A DNA stretch of 63,125 nt, counting the filler, from Bigelowiella natans CCMP2755 (lineage: Eukaryota > Protista > Cercozoa), in the NCBI GenBank assembly GCA_000320545.1. It is 5 parts of 5 records of this genome, joined end to end, with 100 filler letters (N's around TTAATTAATTAA, not from the genome) between each part and the next. Parts side by side here need not be neighbours in the genome. Positions count along the whole stretch, not along the records: positions 46,531 to 63,125 come from ADNK01002766.1; 4 more parts are not named here. One strand, 5' to 3'. Of the stretch, positions 50,865 to 63,125 are shown piece by piece. Below the pieces are notes generated by a model. That model saw only the letters and a list, made by a program, of their open reading frames with translations. It was not told where the DNA came from and searched no databases. How positions within the stretch are numbered: position 1 is the stretch's first letter; every line of letters starts with the position of its first letter. The position numbers and the translations under genes were made by a program.

Positions 50865-52374
50865 GAACAAGTGCTCATAACGGAAAGTTGTGAAGTATTA
50901 AGGCGTCGGTCTCCGATCATTAGGCCTTTAGGCAATTAATGTTTAATAGCGTAAAACTACTTATGTAATTGTCTCTTTCATCATGACGTCTACTTTTTGC
51001 TCGCACATGCAATGACCAATACGACGCAATATTTGCTTAAAAATATTGAATCCATGAACTTTAGCAGATGTAGCGCTGAATTCCAGCATTGCACATGTGC
51101 ACAGCTACATTGAAATGACTGATGTTGAAAAAATGCAATCATCTCACCACAGCTAGCTAGACAGTAATCTCATGCACCCTAGTAGATGCCAGCCTGCGCG
51201 CATGTCTAGAATGTGTCTAGGTGTGTGTGGCTTGGTCGAGCAGGTGCTGCATGCTGAGTCGACGTCCATGTCACAACTCCACTTAAACCTGTGCAACGAT
51301 GCAATGAATCGCTAGCAGCGAAGGTGCAAAGTTTGCACCTGATGTGTCCAGGTTGCATGCTGCACGTTCCAGCGTTGGTTCTCTGCCACGCTTTGAATGC
51401 TTCGACGCGTGGGCTCTAGGGCTTGCACAATCCACACAAGTGCGTGAATCCCGAAGAAATGCGAGCAAATCTGACATCCATCACGTCACATCTCTAGATC
51501 TTGCATGCTAGCTATGCGCTACATGGCTAGCATGGTTGGCGCAACTAGGCAACGTCGAAATTTTCTTGCAGAACTTTGCAAGTTTGCACAGGCTATGCAT
51601 GGATTTCCATGGCGCAAGAAGAGGTTTGATTGATGGGTACATGCACAGTTGCGGGTCAATGTCGATATGCGCACAGCTAAACAGCAACACCGACTCCGCG
51701 CTGTTAGGCTAGAAGCGATTATGATAAGCAAAAGGGCGCATGCATTTGCTTGCATGTGACTTCGATTCGCGCCGTGGTGCAGGTGATGCGATGGGTCAAC
51801 AACGATGGCAACTGGTATTGCACAAATTGCAGCTTGCCGCAAAAAGCGCGGCGTCGCGTGCGTGCAGACAAACGGTTGTCGTGATCACGCACACGCACAA
51901 TCAGTTGTGCAAGCGCATCGCAGTTCGCGCGTGCATGCATGGCTGCGCGCGCAAATTTCAATCGCGCGCATTTGCAAATTGCAACAATGCTTAGATGCGC
52001 ATGATGCACCACATCGCACGTGTGTACATCCCACTCTGGATGATAGATTCGTTTAACAGGGCTTTATTATTTCAAGGCTAATTTGCGCTATTTAATTGAG
52101 TTGTCACGCACACCACGTCGCGCAGCGTTGCAGCATTGGATCAAAACCCTGCTTGGTTGCTGGTTTTGGCGGAGTTGTGGTGCGTGTACGCATGCGTTTG
52201 CGCAACAAGTGGTTATAATCATGGTTGTTAGTGCAATGACATGCGCACATGCAAGAGCAGCGCCATGCATGCATGGCATCATTATCTGTTCCACATCTAG
52301 CCTATTTCTTCTCAAGTACGTGTGCTAGCCTACACATCATCATCGGACGAACAAGTTGAGAATCTACATCATCA

Positions 52375-57209
<4,835 letters not shown>

Positions 57210-57641
57210 ATCTATGTGGTCCCAGCGTGATCTCTGTGACCAATGTGGCGACCCAAAATGACCGGTTTGCTTGAAATACAAGAAATTATTGACTTGAGCT
57301 CCCGGCGCTGCCGCCCTCCACTTCCCACCACCTGCAGGATTGCTATTCTTGTTGACTCGAGTACTAATCTACTTCCAGGTAACGGCCTCCACTGTAGAAA
57401 CGCTGCAGACAGTCCCTGCTCCCATAGGAATCTGAGGTGAAAATCCGACTGTATTTTTAAAAGGCGACAAGCTTTTTTCACGTTGGCAACGAGCAAATGA
57501 GGAAGCCTGACGGAGCGTCCAAAGAGACCAAAAGAAACGGGGGGAAACAATTGGTTGCGACAAAACCTTTCGAAATGTCGCAATGCTGAAATAGGCTGCT
57601 GCTCCAACGATCCTTTCCTCCTTTCACAATTCAATTCTTTC

Positions 57642-57683
<42 letters not shown>

Positions 57684-58830
57684 TTCTCACACATCGGACA
57701 CGGATGCTACAATGCGAACGTGCATCCTTCCCATTGTGCCATTGGAAATGTTGCAATTATTTGTGCATTCATACAGCTAGACAGAGCAGGAGACACAAAG
57801 TGCGGTGGCTTTGCATTCACATCCAAACCCTGTTCCGACACAACCACCTGCTCCCATGCAGTGTGCGATGTGCGAACGTCATTGTCAACCCGGCCCGAGA
57901 TTCAAAGTGCACACACACAGCTAGCATACGCATGTGACACGTTTGCACATGTGCGTGACACGTGCACACAATGCTAAAAGGCGAACAATGAACCACGCAC
58001 ACACAGGCGAAATTGACGTGTGCAGCTGTGGCCAAAAACAGCATGACGGCCAGACCACTCACACTGTGCAAATGAGCGCATCGTCTGCGCGTGTGCTTGC
58101 GCATCTTCGCATCGGTTGGAATCAGAAACCTTCTTGAGTGTGTTGTCAGCTGTCTCTTCAATTTGGCCATTTGGTGCACGGCGCTACCGACCACCCCAGC
58201 AGCCTAGCCACGCTCAAGAGTCAATGCATCCAACTTTCCAAGATTGGTGCTGCGCGCGCACAGTACGCACAGTTAGAACCAGTGATTCATTCACATAAAG
58301 CACACATCTAGACATGCATGTTGAATGTTGATGTGAAGTAAGACAGCTTCATCACACGGCTAGACTGTGAAAATTGAACATTAAACTGTGTCTATCGTAT
58401 CTAAAGAATGGCATCTAGTAAATGCAAATCACATCGTGGTGCCTGAGTAACATAGGATTTAACTCATTTGATTCTGTCGTGGCACAACATTACGATGTAT
58501 TATCATCATTGGATAGGATTTACTTAGAAACACATTTGTTGCAATTTACAAAACCTATCAGAAGAAAGAGATTATGATAAGAATTATTTTCGAAAAACAC
58601 AAAAAAAAAATGACAAATAAAGGTACCAAGTAGTCTTCTATTTAAAAATATGCAAAAGTCACATTCGTAAAATTGCCATTTAGATACATTATACATTAAA
58701 AATAACACATTTGACTGAGTTGTGCCATATAGTATCCCATCAACGACGAGACCGTTCCTTTCGTATTTATAACTAGTCCCAAGGGTGTTAGATTATCAAC
58801 TTTAGAGATCCATTCTTCTATAGAAGATAT

Positions 58831-60764
58831 CTAAATCGCACGCTTTTTGTATTCCTTAGGAACTTTGCAATGTCCCGGATGACGGTAAGGACGGCAACAG
58901 TAAAGGGTCCTTTTACACGGAATACCTCGATATCTATTGAGCTTGTCAGCTAGACAGCTACGTAAAATTGTTCCTCCCTTGGCATTTTTAGGTTTCGCAA
59001 CTTCTTTTTGCTTCAGATATTTTAATTTTGATGATTGAAATTTCTCTGATTTTCCTTCAGCCATATTTTTGCCGTGAAGACATCCTTTGAGGCTCACCGA
59101 ACGGTCATCACGCAATAGCTTCCGTCGTTTTACCGGTATATTTTCCACAGAAGTATTGGAAGCATGCTGATTGCCTGCAAATTGAAACGTATTATTAGGC
59201 TATCCATTTAAACTTTAGCAAAAAATGTGAAATTACTTGGAAATTCTATTGAAGATTGCGATTTTGGCTCCGTTGGATGATGCAAGGGTTCGATATTGAA
59301 TTTGGAGTTACTTCTTCCTACTCCTACATGACACCGATTGAGACTAAATGGCTCGGCTTCCCTGAAACTTTTGTTTAGCTTGATATGTGATCCAATGCTT
59401 AATAAAAGAGTTCCTGGGTTGTTTTGATCCTGAAAATCCTTGTTCATAAAACTTATCCAAGCCTTTACCTTCGCATCCTTGGTCATCTCCACAGGGCTTT
59501 CCATATTCTTTGCCAGCTGCCTGAAAAGCAATTTGTGAATAGAATATAAAATCTCAAATATGAAAATGCAAAATACGCGCAAAAGAATGTGCCTTCGATC
59601 CCGTGATGCACCAACATGATAAAAACAGCCGCAGTGCGAGTTGACCTCCTCCTCCTCGGCGATAGCGAATTCGTCTCCTGAGCGAGGAGCATAAGATTTC
59701 CGCGATTCTTTCGATCTTTATACGGATGAATCTTTCGAAGAGGGTAGCAAGAAGAGGGATTCTCTCGAAAAGGAAGCTTGTAGGCCATTATGTAAGGTGA
59801 TTCGCTGGGGGGGAGAAATGCCACGGTTTGAAACTCGTTTCCAGACTCATACCTCGAGATACTGTCAGCAAAATAATCCTCTGTGTTCGATTTTACAACG
59901 ACAATCGCCCACAGTTTATTGACGTAAGTAAAGAATTTGGTGTTATTTTTCAAAATGTTCCTCTACGTGGCTCCTAAAGTATTCTTGTGTTTTTTCTAAC
60001 CCGAACTCGATTGGTACGATCGCTTCAGGAGGGAAGGGGTTCCGCATTGAATAACGGCCTACATTTTGGTTGTGCGTCTTGAACTATACCGGGAATTAGT
60101 AAGCTTATTAGTCCTATACATGTATACATGTAACGACATCCTTCTCTTTCGAATCCCACCGAAAATCCGGGACTAAGCGGGGGGATATTTGCAGACCTGA
60201 ATCTGCAGTAGCCGCTTGGGTAAATTCAGCATCCAGACTTAACCTAAAATCTTTCGGAAGAAAATAACAAAGTATCAAAATATTAACAACTTTTAGCAAA
60301 CTCCCCTAATAACAAAAGAAAAGATTATTAGATCTACGTAAAAATATCTGAAATTATTTGCCCAACACACCATTTCCATTCCTTCCTTCTGCATTGGAAA
60401 CGTCGCCACTGAGGAAACAGGGGGGAGGACAGAAAAGATGGCCCCGAGCTTGCATTGTAACCATCGCCACTAGATGCAGCTCGTAGATGAGATACAGGGG
60501 AGGTCAGAAGCAGCTTTAGGATGGGCTGAAAGGGTAAGAAGGTTTCATTCAAATGGCAGCAACAACTTTCAACTTCGAACATAATCGGCAGATATTTGAG
60601 ACCGGAAGCAGAGGACTGCGCTTGTTTGGAGTCGTCGCGTCCATATTGTGAGTATTGATGCCACATTCGTATCTGCCCTCTATCATCGAATTGTCATGTG
60701 TGGTGAATATTGCTCTGGGTGCCTTCAGCGTTGTCTGGGGCCTACTCTCGTTCGTGTCTTTCAT
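58831..60764 (-). CDS. Hypothetical basic protein with C-terminal Cys/His motif, multi-exon
   Basis: Consecutive minus-strand ORFs with short introns; NLS-like VKRRKL; ends CKRTLYCCRPYRHPGHCK. Confidence 0.5.
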
Positions 60765-62651
60765 CTCGCGTGTTGGAAATCTGGTAAGCACCGACCGTAC
60801 TTCAAACAAAAAGCTGCGGGCTTTTCTTCTCAGGAGAGCAAAGGCTTTGTATGTTTTTCTTTCAAGATTCTTCTTCTGAACTCCTCCCCCTCCTTCTCCT
60901 CCTCCCCCCCCACCCCCATCCTCTCCAGGACCCCACATACAACGTACTCGTGGTACCATGTTTCCTAGCGATCACTATGGTGAGCTATTTCTGCTGACAT
61001 GTTTGAATGAATCTGTACTACGTAGCATGGTTGTACTTGTTAACTCAAAAGTACCCTGGGATGTATTCGAGAAATGTAGGAATTATAAAGCGCCAACATC
61101 TTACGTCCTTACTGGTTTCACATCGCATTATAGGCAGCCGTTCTATTCTACTGCGAATCCAATACCATCGAGCCGCTTAATACCTATCACGAAGACGAAG
61201 GAGGAAAAGAAGAAGGGGAGAATGAATTGCGGCAGAGAGATGAAGGGGGTTTGCTGCCTGGTTGTGAGAATGTGAGGAGGGGGAGTTCGGCTCCCAGATT
61301 CTGGACATTCGAAGATGATGAGAAGGTAAACGAAGGCGAGTCTTTGGAGCATAAACGAGATGTCGCAAGGAAAGAGTTGGATCGGGCAAGTGATGACTCC
61401 CAGCTTCCTAGTCTTGAGGGCGGCATGAAGGTGAATACAACATTTTCAGCAAGAGTAAATATAGACTCATTGCTCTCTGTTTTGATGGGCTATATTGCTG
61501 ATTTGAGTTGTAGTGCGTAGCATGACGTAATTTGAAAGATTTATAACGTTTGCGAATCCGATATAGATAGAACTTTAAAATTGCAGAGGTGTAAATACGC
61601 TGAAGGAATATGGCTAACAAAAGTAATGAGTGGTTACTAAAAACAATTATTTCTCATTTTAATATATAGCAGCCCTCAAGTTCTTTTATGGCACACTCGA
61701 GAGAAGCCAATCCGTCCGCTGTTAGTTTTGAACAAAACCACCAAAACTGGTCATCTCTGTGCAGTGCGTTTTGACTGCTGGTAGGTAGTGGTTATCAATT
61801 AGGAAACATAGATGCTACTCATGTGGTTAGATGTTCCATGTTTTTGCACACACGTGCCAGTGTGTGTGAATGTGCAAAATGACGGCGCTGCTACAGGCAC
61901 CATGCAAGCTAGCAAGCTTGTCTGCTAGAATTTGTGCGCCGTGCTAGCATGATAATCACGGTGTGCTCCCACGCACGCACATGGGCACAAGCAACACCTG
62001 CTCGACATGGCATAGTATAATTGGATGTGGTGTGAAGCGGTTGAAGTTTAAAGATGGATTTTTTGGCCATAGAAGTAAACATGTGCAATCTAGAAAATGT
62101 GCATGCATACACTATCTAGCTATGCCAGCCTGCATTGTGTGCTTATGTTTGCAATTACATCATGATTAGTGTGCACGTTGTAGTAGTCATTATTTATATT
62201 TGCGTGCCTTTTTAACTACGGCATGCCGCAAACAGATTTGGATTCTATTGCTGCTTTTGGCAAATTTGCGCAGCTATAGTTAGCCTATGTCATCATAGCA
62301 AATTGCATCGGCTGCATGAGCCTTTGCAAGCTAGCAAGCTCGGCGCACAATTCTAAAATATCTCCGTAAACGCAAAAAAGTTTTAGCATGATTCTCGATA
62401 CAGATTATTCGCAATTGTTCATTCATATATTGGCGTTTCACTGCTATGGTCATTAATCGTTTGAATTCTATTTCTTTCTCCGATTTCGCCGTTGTTTCCT
62501 CGACGTCACTGTCTCAAACCCATCCTCGTCAACCAGTGGCTCCTGCAAAATCCCCATCGTCAATACGTCAAAAAAAGAGTTTTTCGAGTTTAACAACTGC
62601 CGCGTACATGCAATGATCAATCCATGACACACCAGTCAGGCAAGAAGTGAG

Positions 62652-62860
62652 CTAGGAGGATTGCGAATGTGAGTTTTTATTGATAACCATATTTATAACC
62701 TGGGTTTTCGCATCAGTAGGTTGTTGCTCTTCCGTCTCCATATCTCTTCTACCCCCCTCATTCCCATTCGACGTGTTGTTTGTGTTGGCAGAATTGTTCT
62801 TTCGGTCACCGCCTTCCTCCTGCTCCATTTCGTACTTCTCCACTGTGTCGAGAAGGGGGG
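62652..62860 (-). CDS. Probable last exon of a gene entering from the right edge
   Basis: Acidic low-complexity ORF (DTVEKYEMEQEEGG...SQSS*) after a pyrimidine-rich intron-like tract. Confidence 0.4.
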
Positions 62861-63125
62861 GGGGGGGGGAGAGAAAGAGAAGATGTGGAGGGGGCGGAAC
62901 AAAAAAAAAAACCATTTGACACAAATTTTGCTGGATCGAAGCGAATGCATCAACAGCTGTTATCTCAGTGAAACCGAGACAGACAGACAGAGAGAGGGAG
63001 AGTGATATTTCAAAAAAGGAAAATAAAACGGAGTAACCTAGTTCAATATCATCTGCGGGTTCCCCCCCCCCTTCCTCCAGCTGATAATAGAAACCAAGGG
63101 GGAAAGGGGGGGGGGGGGGGGGAAA

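Noticed and set aside
51283-52328. Clusters of Cys/His/Ala/Met-rich ORFs in islands (also 22246-23103, 37894-38259, 57555-58298)
   Set aside because: TpA loss removes TAA and many TAG stops and enriches TGC/CAT/GCA/ATG codons; a by-product of island composition.
61227-61520. 97-aa plus-strand ORF
   Set aside because: May be a small gene, but there is no ATG start or motif to support a call.

Overview
Gene-dense, intron-rich eukaryotic nuclear DNA with GT-AG introns often filled by (AT)n/(AC)n/(AG)n microsatellites. A bipartite signal+transit-like N-terminus on MsrA suggests an alga with a complex plastid, possibly chlorarachniophyte-like (inference only). Four 100-nt N/TTAATTAATTAA spacers join five contigs, so adjacency across them is not guaranteed. 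Host genes recognised from spliced motifs: SURNod19-family protein, WASP, multi-pass membrane protein, FAD synthetase, UBLCP1/FCP1-type NIF phosphatase, DPF-repeat protein, Ser/Thr kinase, GcvT (last exon), NAA35/MAK10 (5' part), alkaline ceramidase (3' part), topoisomerase II (fragment), type II PI4-kinase-like (partial), MsrA, a coiled-coil protein and several hypotheticals. A young, full-length Ty3/gypsy-order LTR retrotransposon (5940-11657, minus strand, matching 326-bp LTRs, AGGT TSD) and the 3' end of a second copy (46531-47085) are present. Two observations stand out. (1) About nine intergenic islands have lost almost all TpA dinucleotides except in CTAG, apparently by TA->TG/CA conversion. 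They abut gene 3' ends and spare introns and divergent promoters, suggesting a context-specific DNA modification/hypermutation process in untranscribed DNA. (2) The retrotransposon integrase ends in a degenerate DIRS/Dam-type adenine-methyltransferase-like domain, and the element sits inside one of these islands. Exon boundaries are approximate and were read by eye.
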